Source of the DNA: an uncultured bacterium
GTDB taxonomy: Bacteria; Krumholzibacteriota; Krumholzibacteriia; LZORAL124-64-63
Assembly (NCBI GenBank): GCA_963732385.1
Contig: CAVSZB010000003.1
Coordinates: forward strand, 288,985-352,984
Length of the DNA: 64,000 nt
Direction: 5' to 3'
Shown: positions 21,288-30,472 of the stretch, in pieces
Layout of the letters: every line of letters begins with the position of its first letter
Numbering within the stretch: position 1 is the first letter of the stretch
Notes under the pieces: model-generated
Databases searched by the model: none
Told to the model about the DNA's origin: nothing
Seen by the model: the letters and a program-made list of their open reading frames with translations, nothing else
Position numbers and translations under genes: made by a program

Positions 21288-22399
21288 TACTCCCTCACCA
21301 CCCTGTCGCCGTCGGCGAGCGGCTCGGCTGGCGCCACGGCGAGCGTTTCGCCGCCCGCCAGCCCGGACAGCACCTCGATGCGGCCCCCCTCGGCGCGGCC
21401 GAGACGAATCCAGCGCAGGGCGACGACGCCGTCCGCGCCCAGCACGTACACTCCGCGCAACTGGCCGCGCACCACGATGGCGGCCTCCGGCACCAGTACC
21501 GCGTCACGGCGTCCGGTCGCCACGAGGACCCGGGCGAACATGCCCGACTTCAGGCGCGCGTCGGCGTTGGGCACGAATATTTCGATGTCGAAGGTGCGGC
21601 TGCCGGGGTCGGCCGCGGGGACGATCTTCAACACGGTCGCGCGGAAAGTCGCGCCGGGGAGCGACGTGACCTCGACGGTGACGCTGTCGCCGATCGCGAT
21701 CGAGTTCACGTCCTTCTCGCCGACCCGCGCCACGATCTTCATGCGATCCACCTGCTCCACCGAGACCAGCGGCATGCCGGGGCTGGCCATGTCGCCCGGC
21801 TGGACCGATTTGCGGACCACCAGCCCGGCGATGGGGGAGACGATGTCGAGGTAGCGCAGGTGGTCGGCGATCTCGTCGCGTCCGGCCTGCGCGGCGGCGA
21901 GGCCGGCCCGCGCGCGGTCGCGTCCGGTGAGCACGTCGTCAAGCTGCTGCTTCGAGACCGCCTTCTCGGCGTAGAGCTTCTCGAAGCGGGCGGCCATCTT
22001 CTCGGCGTTCGCCACCACGGCGGTCGCTTCGGCAATCCCGGCCTCGACCTGGGCCCGCTTCGCGCGCAGGTCGGCGTCGTCGATCGTCACGAGCGGCGCG
22101 CCGGCGCGGACCGTCTGGCCCTCCTCCACGTGCACGCGGCGGACCCAGCCCATCATGCGCGTGCTGATGTCGGCGCGGGCGGCGGCGTGCACGGAGCCGG
22201 TGGCGGTCACGACGATCGGCACCTGGGTCCGTTCGGCGGTCGCCACGGCGGCGCGCACCTCGCGGTGCGTCGGCGCGGGGGCGCGCGACTCGTGCCCACA
22301 GCCGGCGACGAGCGAGCCGAGGGCGGTCGCGGCAAGGATCAGCACGGCGGCGGCCGCGTGGCGGGTCGAGGTGGTCCGGATCGGGGTGAGGAAACTCAT
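21287..22399 (-). CDS. Efflux RND periplasmic adaptor (membrane fusion protein, HlyD family), lipoprotein.
   Basis: Lipobox LVAGC, a coiled-coil hairpin, and barrel-sandwich/beta-barrel regions. Its stop overlaps the RND start by 1 nt (TAATG). Confidence 0.85.
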
Positions 22400-22405
22400 G
22401 ACTGT

Positions 22406-23812
22406 CTACTCCTCCCCGGCGCGCGGCACGGCGCCGGTATAGCTGAGACGGGCCAGTCCTACATTGTAGTCGTGCAGGGCCTGCACGAGATTGCCCTCCG
22501 CGCCGGTGGCGGCGGCCTGGACGTCGAGCAGGTCGATCATCGAGGCGAGCCCCTCGCGGTGCTGACTGGTGACGATGCGCAGGCCCTCGCGCGCGGCCGA
22601 GACCGCCTCGCGCGCGACCTGCACCTTCTCGGCGGCGGCCCCGGTTTCGAGGCGGGCCTGGGTCGCCTCGACCCGCGCGCGGCGCAGGTCGAAGTCGTAC
22701 ATGTGCTCGGCGGCCCGCTGCTGCGCGCGGGACGTTTTCACGCGGCCCCAGTCCTCGAGGCCGGAGAAGATGTCCCAGGTGGCGTACACGCCGAGCGACC
22801 AGCTGGTGGCGTCGTTCGCGAAAAGTGTCTGTCCGTACCAGTCGCGCTGCAGGCTCAGGTTGACGTGCGGCAGCAGGGCTCCGCGTGCCACGCCGACCAT
22901 GCGCGCGGCGGCCTCGGCCCGCTGGCGGCGCGCGAGCACATCGGGCCGGAACGCGACCAGGTCGGCCCCGGCCGCGCCGGTGGCCGGCGTCCGCGAGGGA
23001 TCGACGAAGCCGTCGGCGGGGGCGAGCGGCAGGTCGGTGCGCAGCGCGGTGAGCAGCTTGATGTTTTCGCCCGCGATGGCGATCAGGTTGCGCACCTCGA
23101 TCAGCTTCTGTTTGACGCCGCCGAGGTAGACGCGCGCCTGCATCAGGTCGGCCTCGGTGGCCATCTCCGCCTCGACCATCGACTGCGCCTGGCGGGCATG
23201 AGCCTCGGCGGCGGCGACCGCGTCGAGCATGACCCGCTCGTACGCTTTCGCCAGCACCAGCCCCTCGCAGGCCTGGACGGCCTGGAATTCCACGGTCTGG
23301 GCGGCGCGGCGATAGTCGTGATCGGCGGCCCGGGCCATGGCGTCGGCGGCGCGCTTGCCATACAGCGCCATGCCGCCGTTGAAGATCGGCTGCAGCAGTT
23401 GCAGGCGGGTGAGGTTGTTCTCGGCCACCCCCGGATCGTTCAGTGTCGGCGGGTAGAAGTCCGCCTCGGTTACGCTGCGCTGCTGCAGTTTGTAGCCGAA
23501 GCTGCTGAGCGCGTCGTCCGAGCGCAGGAAAAATTCCGCGGCCTGCACGCGCGGCAGGAATCCGCGCCAGGCCCCCAGGGCGTCGCCGCGGGCCGCGTCG
23601 ACCATGGCCTCGCCGGCGGCGAGCATCTCATTGTGGGCCAGCGCCGCCGCCCTTACCTTTGCGAGCGTTACGTGGAGCGTGTCGTTGCGGATCGTGCCCA
23701 GATCTTCGGGCCGCGTTTCTGCGGCCCGCGACCGACCGGCCGGTGCCGCCAGCGCCAGGGCGAGGCCTAAAACCGCGGCGGTGAGGGGGAGGTTCAGCCT
23801 GGACTTCCTCAT
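22406..23812 (-). CDS. Outer-membrane efflux protein (TolC/OMF family).
   Basis: Signal peptide MRKSRLNLPLTAAVLGLALALAAPA. Duplicated alpha-helical/beta-strand repeats typical of the OMF family. It is the first gene of the tripartite efflux set. Confidence 0.85.
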   Translation of the reverse strand: MRKSRLNLPLTAAVLGLALALAAPAGRSRAAETRPEDLGTIRNDTLHVTLAKVRAAALAHNEMLAAGEAMVDAARGDALGAWRGFLPRVQAAEFFLRSDDALSSFGYKLQQRSVTEADFYPPTLNDPGVAENNLTRLQLLQPIFNGGMALYGKRAADAMARAADHDYRRAAQTVEFQAVQACEGLVLAKAYERVMLDAVAAAEAHARQAQSMVEAEMATEADLMQARVYLGGVKQKLIEVRNLIAIAGENIKLLTALRTDLPLAPADGFVDPSRTPATGAAGADLVAFRPDVLARRQRAEAAARMVGVARGALLPHVNLSLQRDWYGQTLFANDATSWSLGVYATWDIFSGLEDWGRVKTSRAQQRAAEHMYDFDLRRARVEATQARLETGAAAEKVQVAREAVSAAREGLRIVTSQHREGLASMIDLLDVQAAATGAEGNLVQALHDYNVGLARLSYTGAVPRAGEE

Positions 23813-23815
23813 GGT

Positions 23816-24040
23816 TCAGCCTTTCGCCTCGACGTTCGCGCAGCGGGCCACCGTTTCGGGCACTCCGGCCCGGCGCAGGATTGTGATCAGGGGGCACCAG
23901 TCGGTGACGGCGGACTGCACCAGGTTGACCCCCACGAACGCGGTGAACCAGAGCCAGTTCGGACTGACGAAGTGGGCCAGCGCCAGGCTGACCAGCACGA
24001 ATGTTCCGGCAACCAGCCGGAGGTAACGGTGCAGGGTCAT
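23816..24040 (-). CDS. DUF2892 (YgaP C-terminal-like) small inner-membrane protein.
   Basis: MTLHRYLRLVAGTFVLVSLALAHFVSPNWLWFTAFVGVNLVQSAVTDWCPLITILRRAGV matches the DUF2892 pattern (R.LR..AG......L...W.....G.NL.QSA.T..CP). Its stop lies 3 nt before the OMF start. Confidence 0.55.
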   Translation of the reverse strand: MTLHRYLRLVAGTFVLVSLALAHFVSPNWLWFTAFVGVNLVQSAVTDWCPLITILRRAGVPETVARCANVEAKG

Positions 24041-24214
24041 GACAATTCCCCCTTGTTCGCTATGAAATCTATCAACTGCCAATATGCTTAACCGCGAATA
24101 CGATAAAACAGGCCGGAGCGGGTGTCAAGAGAGAATTTGCCGGGAATGGCTTCGCCGGTCAATCATGTCTTATTATGTTGTTAGTGAATATGTTACGATA
24201 CTGTCCGAGGGGGG

Positions 24215-25177
24215 ATGTCTGTGCGTGAGGTCCAGCGCTCGGTCCTGATCGCCAGTCCTCGTGGCTTCTGCGCCGGGGTGGAACGAGCCATAGAGGTCGT
24301 GGAGCGGTTGCTGACGCGCGAAGCGCCGCCGCTCTACGTCCGGCGCGAAATCGTGCACAACCACTCCGTCGTGGAGGACCTGCGCAAGCGCGGGGTCGTC
24401 TTCGTGGAGGAGCTCGCCGAGGTGCCCGATGGGAGTCTCGTCATCTTCAGCGCGCACGGCGTTGCCCCTGGGATTTGGCGGGACGCCGAGGCGCGCAGGC
24501 TGCGGGTGATCGACGCCACGTGTCCGTTGGTGACGAAGGTGCATCGGCAGGTGTCGCGCCACGCGAAGGCCGGTCTGTCGATCGTGCTGATCGGTCACGC
24601 GGGGCACGATGAGGTGCTCGGCACGATGGGGGAGGCGCCTGACGCCATCCACCTCGTGACGTCGGTGGCGGATGTGGGCCTGCTGGCCCTGCCGGTCGAC
24701 GGTCCGGTCGCCTGCGTCACCCAGACCACCCTCGGTCTCGATGAGACGCTTGCAATCGTCGAGGCGCTCCGGCGGCGCTTTCCCGGGCTGGTTTTTCCCG
24801 ACCGGGGAGACATCTGCTACGCGACGCAGAACCGGCAGGACGCGGTGAAGGATCTCGTGCGCCACGGCTGCGGATTCCTGCTCGTCGTCGGTTCGCCTAA
24901 CAGCAGCAACAGCGTTCGCCTCTGCGAGGTGGCCGAACGTCTCGGCGTGCCGGCCAGCCTGATTTCCGGCCCGGCCGAATTGCCGTGGGAACAGCTCACC
25001 CTCCACCCGATCCTCGGCCTGACGGCCGGCGCCTCCGCCCCGGAACATCTCGTGCAGGCGGTGGCTTCCAGCCTGGCGGCGCGCGGCTGGGCGCCGCGGG
25101 AGATCGTGACCCTGGCGGAAGATCTTCGCTTCCGCCTGCCGCCGGAGCTGGATCCTCCGCCCGATCAGCTGAACTGA
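24215..25177 (+). CDS. ispH: 4-hydroxy-3-methylbut-2-enyl diphosphate reductase (IspH/LytB).
   Basis: SPRGFCAGVERAI...ATCPLVTKVH...TQTTL...NSSNSVRLCEV conserved Cys ligands and the SxN motif; 320 aa. Confidence 0.9.
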   Translation: MSVREVQRSVLIASPRGFCAGVERAIEVVERLLTREAPPLYVRREIVHNHSVVEDLRKRGVVFVEELAEVPDGSLVIFSAHGVAPGIWRDAEARRLRVIDATCPLVTKVHRQVSRHAKAGLSIVLIGHAGHDEVLGTMGEAPDAIHLVTSVADVGLLALPVDGPVACVTQTTLGLDETLAIVEALRRRFPGLVFPDRGDICYATQNRQDAVKDLVRHGCGFLLVVGSPNSSNSVRLCEVAERLGVPASLISGPAELPWEQLTLHPILGLTAGASAPEHLVQAVASSLAARGWAPREIVTLAEDLRFRLPPELDPPPDQLN

Positions 25178-25368
25178 CCTGCGGGGGCGGTTGCGGGCAG
25201 GACGCCGTGCCGCAACGTTCCTTGTTGCCTGCTGCTTTGACTATGACCTACATAGCTACGCAGAGAATTGACTTTGACGTCGCGCATAAAGTTTATTATG
25301 CTTCAAAAACGTACGGTCGGTATCTGGCCGACAGTTCCAGGTGTCCGCAGTCCCGAGGTCCCGCCGAA

Positions 25369-25707
25369 ATGGAAAAAAAGCTGTACGAAATGCAGGCCGA
25401 GCTCTGCAAGACCCTTTCCAACCCCAAGCGGCTGGAAATTCTCGATATATTGAAGGAGGAGAGGGAGATCTCGGTCAATCGCCTCGCCGAGCGGCTCGAA
25501 ATCCCCAAGGCGAACACCTCGCAGCACCTGGCAGTGCTGAGGCAGGCCGGCGTGGTGGCGACCCGCAAGGACGGCATCAACGTCCACTACAGCCTGCGTT
25601 CCACGAAGATCTCCGAAGCGTGCAGCTTGACCCGCGCCATCCTGCTGGAGAAATTGGAAGATCAGGCCGGGCTCAGCACCCTGATCCGCAAGGACAGCGA
25701 CTCCTGA
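25369..25707 (+). CDS. ArsR/SmtB-family metalloregulatory transcription factor.
   Basis: MEKKLYEMQAELCKTLSNPKRLEILDILKEEREISVNRLAERLEIPKANTSQHLAVLRQAGVV is a classic wHTH. The promoter-like AT-rich region at 25240-25320 (ttgactttgacgtcgcgcataaagtttattatgct) lies upstream. Confidence 0.85.
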   Translation: MEKKLYEMQAELCKTLSNPKRLEILDILKEEREISVNRLAERLEIPKANTSQHLAVLRQAGVVATRKDGINVHYSLRSTKISEACSLTRAILLEKLEDQAGLSTLIRKDSDS

Positions 25708-25759
25708 CGGTCGCGCCGGCGGGCCATTGGGGCCAGCACACCTGCGGGCGGAGGAAACC

Positions 25760-27106
25760 GTGACGCAGCCGCTTTCGGTGCGCTTTCTGCAGATTTCCGA
25801 TGTTCATCTGGGTGCCTCGATGGCCGCATCGCGTCTCGGCTATCCGCCGGAGCGGGCCGCGCAGCGGGCGGCCGAGGTGCAGGCGGCGTTCGCCGGGGCG
25901 ATGCGCCTGGCGATCGAGGAGCGGTGCGACGGCGTGCTGCTGCCGGGCGACCTGTTCGACGGCGAGGCGGTGGATGACGCGGTAGCCGCGGCGGCCTTCG
26001 CGGCGATCCGCGAACTGGCGCCGCTGCCGGTATTCCTCACCCCCGGCAATCACGATCCCTACTCTCCCGAGGGCCCGTATGGTGAGGCGCGCTGGCGCCT
26101 GCTGGCCGGTGGCGAGGGGCCGCCCGCGAACCTCGTGCTGTTTCGTGAAGAGCGGTTCGTTACCGTGCCGTGGCCCGGACGGCCCGACGTCACCGTGACC
26201 GGCGCCGCGTTCCTGCGCCCGACCGCAGTGCGCGAGCGGCGGCTGCAGCAGACGGTGGTGGACCCTGCGTCCCTGGCACCAGACCGCATCCATCTCGCCC
26301 TGCTGCACGGCTCGCGCGACGACTCCGGACTTCTCCAGGCCCACAAGGCCACCCTCCCGTTCAGCGCGGCGGAACTCGCGGCGCAGCCGTTCGACTACGT
26401 CGCCGTCGGGCACTACCACAGTTCGGCGCCGATCCTCGACCCCGCCACCGGGGAGGTGCGGGGCGGCTACGCCGGCATGCCGGCCTTTATCGGTCTCGAC
26501 GAGGAGGGCGAGAAGAGCGTGCTGCTCGTCGAGGTGGATCTCAGCCCCGGCCCGTTGCGGCGCCGGGTCGTGCGGGCGCGCAACCGGGTGGTGGACCCGC
26601 GTCGTCTGCACCGGCTCGTTGTGGACGTGACCGGTCGGCGCGACATCGAACAGGCACGCGCGGCACTGGTTGAACAGTACGAGCGCGCCGGGGTGCGTCC
26701 GATCGACGCCGTGGCCGTGCGCTTCCAGGGCCGGCTCGCGGCGGAGCTGGGGCGCCAGGAGTTGCAGGAAATGGCGTCCGCATGGCTGTCCGGGCGTTGC
26801 TGGCACGCCGCGGCCTGGTGCTCGGGGATCGAACCGGACCTCGACGTGTCGCGCTTCCTCGAGGGGGAGTCGCGGACCCTGCAGGCGCTCTTCGCGCGCG
26901 AACTGGCGGCGCGCGCCGGAGATCCCGCGCTCGCGGTGCGCGAACGGGAGATTGCGCGGCGGGCGTTGGCCTATGGCATCGAGGCCCTGGAGACGGGGCG
27001 CATTCGCCGGCGGTGGGAGCCGGATGTGGCCGGGCCGGCCTGGAGCGCGGCGGCGGGCGACGCACCGCCGACCGTCCCCGAAACGAACGGGGGGGGCGGG
27101 GCGTGA
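25760..27106 (+). CDS. Mre11/SbcD-like calcineurin-fold phosphoesterase (DNA-repair-exonuclease-type nuclease subunit).
   Basis: Phosphoesterase motifs ISDVHLG, LPGDLFDG, TPGNHDP, and later His motifs (LLHGS, AVGHYH). GTG start at 25760. Confidence 0.75.
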   Translation: MTQPLSVRFLQISDVHLGASMAASRLGYPPERAAQRAAEVQAAFAGAMRLAIEERCDGVLLPGDLFDGEAVDDAVAAAAFAAIRELAPLPVFLTPGNHDPYSPEGPYGEARWRLLAGGEGPPANLVLFREERFVTVPWPGRPDVTVTGAAFLRPTAVRERRLQQTVVDPASLAPDRIHLALLHGSRDDSGLLQAHKATLPFSAAELAAQPFDYVAVGHYHSSAPILDPATGEVRGGYAGMPAFIGLDEEGEKSVLLVEVDLSPGPLRRRVVRARNRVVDPRRLHRLVVDVTGRRDIEQARAALVEQYERAGVRPIDAVAVRFQGRLAAELGRQELQEMASAWLSGRCWHAAAWCSGIEPDLDVSRFLEGESRTLQALFARELAARAGDPALAVREREIARRALAYGIEALETGRIRRRWEPDVAGPAWSAAAGDAPPTVPETNGGGGA

Positions 27107-30100
27107 GATTTCTCTCGCTGCACGTGCGCGGCTTCGGAGGCCTGCGGCCGGGCGAGTACCGGTTCGGAGACCGCACGCTCGTCGTCGAGCCGAACTCCAC
27201 CGGCAAGAGCACGCTGGCCGCGGCGTTGCGCGCCGCCCTCTACGGACTGGAAGGGGATCGTCGTCGCCAGCATGGCTTCACCGATCTCGAGGCCTGGGAG
27301 CCGTGGCGCGGTGGCGCCTACGGTCTGACGCTGCTGTTGCAGACGCGGGACGGCTTTTTCACCATCGAACGCGATTTCGCGCGCGCCGGCGGCCAGCTCA
27401 CGGTGCGCGACACCACCGGCGCCGACGTCACGGCGCGGTTCCTCGTCGGTCGTGGGCGAGACCGCGCCGGAGAACTGCTGGCCGGAGTTGGCGAGCCGGA
27501 TTTCCTGCGGGCGGCGCTGGCCGCGGACCGGGCCTGGGGACAGCCGTGGCGCGACGGAGAGATCGGGCGGCTGACCGATCTGCTCGGGCAGGTCGTCAGC
27601 AGCGACGAGGGGGGAGGTCCGGCTGCCGCGGCTCTCGCCGCGTGTGACGAAGCGCTGCGCCAGTACGAGGGCGTGACCGTGAAGGGGGCGGCGAAGGTCG
27701 AAACCGAGATCCAGCGGATCGAGCTGCGGCTCGGGCAGATCCGCGCCGATCGCGAAGCGACCGAGCGGCGCCACGATGCCGCGCTGGCGACCCTCGCCCA
27801 GCTGGCGGAGTGGCGCGGACAGCTGGCCAGGCTCGACGCCGCGCTCGACCTCAACCGTCGCCGGCGCCTTGGCGCCCAGGCCGCGGCGCAACGGCGGGCG
27901 CTCGATGCGCGTTCCCGCGCGGAATCCGAACTGGCCCAGGCGCGCCGCCGCGTCGCCGCCCTGGCGCCCCTGGACGGATTTCCGCCCGGTCGCGAGGTGG
28001 AGCTGGCGGCGTGGGCCGAACGGTGCGCGCAGGGGGACCGCGAGGCGGACGTCCGGCGCCGACGCATGGAGGAGACGCTGCGTCCCGAACTGGCCCGGTT
28101 CGAGGCGGAGCTGGCCGACGCGGGCTTCGCCGGCGCGGGCGTACTGGGAGAGCTGGAGTCGGGGGTGGCGGCGCTGCTGGAGCGGGAGGCCCGTCTGGCA
28201 GAGTTGCGCGTCGAGCGCGACGCGCGACGCGCGCGCATCGCAGACGAAGGGGAAGACCCGGAACTGCAGGCCGCGGTGCACGCCGGCCTCGCCCGTCTTG
28301 GCGAGACCGAGCGCCGATTCCTGCGCGAGCAGGAGCGTCTCGATTTCGAACGCGATGAAATTGCCACCCGCCTCGACCGGGACGAAAGCGCCGTGCGCGT
28401 CGCCATGTCAGAGTGGGCGGGCGCTGCGCGCGGACAGGCCCGTGGCCGCAATGCCGCCGGAGCCCTGGCGGTGGTCGGCGGCGCCGGCGCGCTGGGCGCC
28501 CTGCTGCTGCGGGAGACCGGAGCGTCACCGCCATGGACGGTGCTGGAGGTCGCGCTGGGGATCGCCCTGCTCGGGGCGGGGCTGGCGGTCCGGCTGCACC
28601 GTCAAGGTGCGGCGCTGCGCCGCCGGTGCGAACTCCAGGGCACTGACCGACTGGCGGGTCTGGCCCGCGAACGGGAGGCCTTGCGTGAGCGCGAGGCGGT
28701 ACGGCGCGATCGTCTCGCCGAACTTTCCCCGGTTCTGCTGCCGTCCCGTTGCGGAGAGCCGGCGTCAACCGCCGACGATCTGACTGCAATCTACCGCCGA
28801 CACGAGTCGTTCCGCGTGCGCCACGATGACTGGTTCCGCCTCGCCGAACGCGGCGCCGAAGAGGAGGCGGAGATTGCGCGGCTGCACGCGCGGCTGGCGC
28901 CGTTCCTGGACGAGGGGGCGGCCGCCCCCCCGGCCGCCGGCCACACTGCCCGCCTGCAGGTCGAGCTGGCGCGCCGGCGACGCATCGTCGCCCTGGAAGA
29001 GAAGATCGCGCGCGCGCGCGCGGTCCTCGCGCAGGCCGGACGCGAAGAGGCCGAGCACGCGCAGCGCGCACTGGAGGCCGGCCGGCGCGCCGCCGCGATT
29101 CTCGCCGTGCTGCCGCCCGGCTGCCGCTTTGCGCCGCCCACCGCCGCCGATGCCGGCACTGTCCGCGACGAAATCGCCCGCCTGGTTCCCCTGTTCCGCG
29201 CCGATCCCGCCGGCGTCGCGGCCTGGTTCTCCGCGCGCGCCGCCGAGGCCGCGGAGGCTCTCCGCCTGGGCGACGAGTTGCTGCCGGCCCTCGAGCGGCG
29301 CCTCGCGGAACTGCCCGCGGCCGCCGAGTTGGCGCGCGCGTTGGCGGCGACGGAGGGCGAACTGGCGCTGCAGGCGGTCGCCGCCGCCGCTGCGACCGCG
29401 GCCAGGACGGCCGGGGAGGGTGACGAGGACTCCCCGCGTTTCGCGCCGGCGGAAACGCTGGCGGTGGACGAACTGCTGGCGCAGGGAGAAGCGCTGCAGG
29501 AGCGCCGGCGCGCACTGGCCGGCGAGATCGGCGAGCGCTCCCGCGGCGTGGCGGAAATCGAGCGCGAACGGCGCGCGCACCTGCCCGACCTTGCGCGCCA
29601 GGAACGGGAACTGGTCGCCTTTCTGCAGCGCGCCCGTGATTTCCGCGATGCCGTCACGCTGGCCCGCGAGATGATCGCGAAACACGCCGGTGACGTGTAC
29701 GGTCGCTGGGCCGCCGTCCTCGACGCCGACGCCGCGCGTCTCGCCACCCGCCTCTGTCCCGAGATCGCCGGCGTGGCCTTCACGCCGGAACTCGATTACG
29801 TCGTCACCCTCGCCGACGGTCGCCGTCTCGATGCCGCCCGCGCCGATCGCCAGCTCAGTCGTGGCGTGCGCGATCAACTCGTTCTGGCCGTTCGCCTGGC
29901 CCTGGCCCGCTTCCTTGCTCGCCCCGGCGAGCCGCTGCCGCTCCTGTTGGACGATCCTTTCGCCCACTACGACGACGCCCGCTTCCGCCGGGGCATGTCG
30001 GCCCTCGCCGAAGAGGCGTCGGGCCACCAGATCATCCTGCTGACCTGCCAGGCGGAGCGGCAGCGCTGGCTCCGCGAGGTCGCGCCTGAATCCTGCGGGC

Positions 30101-30126
30101 CCTGGACCCGGTTGGAGATCGGCTGA
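27103..30126 (+). CDS. SbcC/Rad50-like ABC ATPase with a long coiled coil. It lacks a CXXC zinc hook and instead carries two hydrophobic helices at the coil apex (YhaN-like).
   Basis: N-terminal RFLSLHVRGFGG...VVEPNSTGKSTL (Walker A). C-terminal LSRGVRDQLVLAVRLAL (signature) and LLLDDPFAHYD (Walker B/D-loop). The centre is AGALAVVGGAGALGALLL...WTVLEVALGIALLGAGLAV. Its GTG start overlaps the SbcD-like stop (GTGA). Confidence 0.75.
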   Translation: MRFLSLHVRGFGGLRPGEYRFGDRTLVVEPNSTGKSTLAAALRAALYGLEGDRRRQHGFTDLEAWEPWRGGAYGLTLLLQTRDGFFTIERDFARAGGQLTVRDTTGADVTARFLVGRGRDRAGELLAGVGEPDFLRAALAADRAWGQPWRDGEIGRLTDLLGQVVSSDEGGGPAAAALAACDEALRQYEGVTVKGAAKVETEIQRIELRLGQIRADREATERRHDAALATLAQLAEWRGQLARLDAALDLNRRRRLGAQAAAQRRALDARSRAESELAQARRRVAALAPLDGFPPGREVELAAWAERCAQGDREADVRRRRMEETLRPELARFEAELADAGFAGAGVLGELESGVAALLEREARLAELRVERDARRARIADEGEDPELQAAVHAGLARLGETERRFLREQERLDFERDEIATRLDRDESAVRVAMSEWAGAARGQARGRNAAGALAVVGGAGALGALLLRETGASPPWTVLEVALGIALLGAGLAVRLHRQGAALRRRCELQGTDRLAGLAREREALREREAVRRDRLAELSPVLLPSRCGEPASTADDLTAIYRRHESFRVRHDDWFRLAERGAEEEAEIARLHARLAPFLDEGAAAPPAAGHTARLQVELARRRRIVALEEKIARARAVLAQAGREEAEHAQRALEAGRRAAAILAVLPPGCRFAPPTAADAGTVRDEIARLVPLFRADPAGVAAWFSARAAEAAEALRLGDELLPALERRLAELPAAAELARALAATEGELALQAVAAAAATAARTAGEGDEDSPRFAPAETLAVDELLAQGEALQERRRALAGEIGERSRGVAEIERERRAHLPDLARQERELVAFLQRARDFRDAVTLAREMIAKHAGDVYGRWAAVLDADAARLATRLCPEIAGVAFTPELDYVVTLADGRRLDAARADRQLSRGVRDQLVLAVRLALARFLARPGEPLPLLLDDPFAHYDDARFRRGMSALAEEASGHQIILLTCQAERQRWLREVAPESCGPWTRLEIG

Positions 30127-30258
30127 GCCGAAACCGGTACGCCAGGCACAATTGCGGTGGCACAAGGAAAACATTGGCCGCCGCCGGCCTCAGGACCGAT
30201 GATAGGTGGGTCGGCGACCGGCCGTCACGATCACCTCACCCTGTTGAAAGGTGGGCCA

Positions 30259-30438
30259 TTGGCCAGGACGAACTTCAACTTCGAAAAGCGACGCAAGGAA
30301 CTCGAGAAGAAAAAGAAGAAGGAAGCCAAGCAGTTGGCCAAGCAGGAGAAGAAGGCCAGGGGCGTCGGGGACATCGACGCCACGGCCGAGGGCGCGACCG
30401 AAGCAGAGCCGGCGCCCGAGCCCGGCCCCCTGCCCTAG
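30259..30438 (+). CDS. Small lysine-rich protein (~59 aa), function unknown.
   Basis: A TTG start preceded by an AAAGGTGGG RBS gives MARTNFNFEKRRKELEKKKKKEAKQLAKQEKKARGV.... The alternative ATG at 30199 in the same frame (track ORF 30157..30438) cannot be excluded. Confidence 0.35.
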   Translation: MARTNFNFEKRRKELEKKKKKEAKQLAKQEKKARGVGDIDATAEGATEAEPAPEPGPLP

Positions 30439-30472
30439 AGTTACCGGCGGATTCCGCCCCGCGCGGCGTTGC

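Noticed and set aside
26971-29783. Several long antisense ORFs (436, 377, 554, 469 and 330 aa) across the SbcC-like gene.
   Set aside because: They are shadow ORFs of a coiled-coil gene rich in GCC/GCG/CGC codons. None has a plausible start context or domain.
27103-30126. Canonical SbcC zinc hook (CXXC at the coiled-coil apex).
   Set aside because: No CXXC occurs anywhere in the translated protein. The apex instead contains two hydrophobic helices (reported as a finding).
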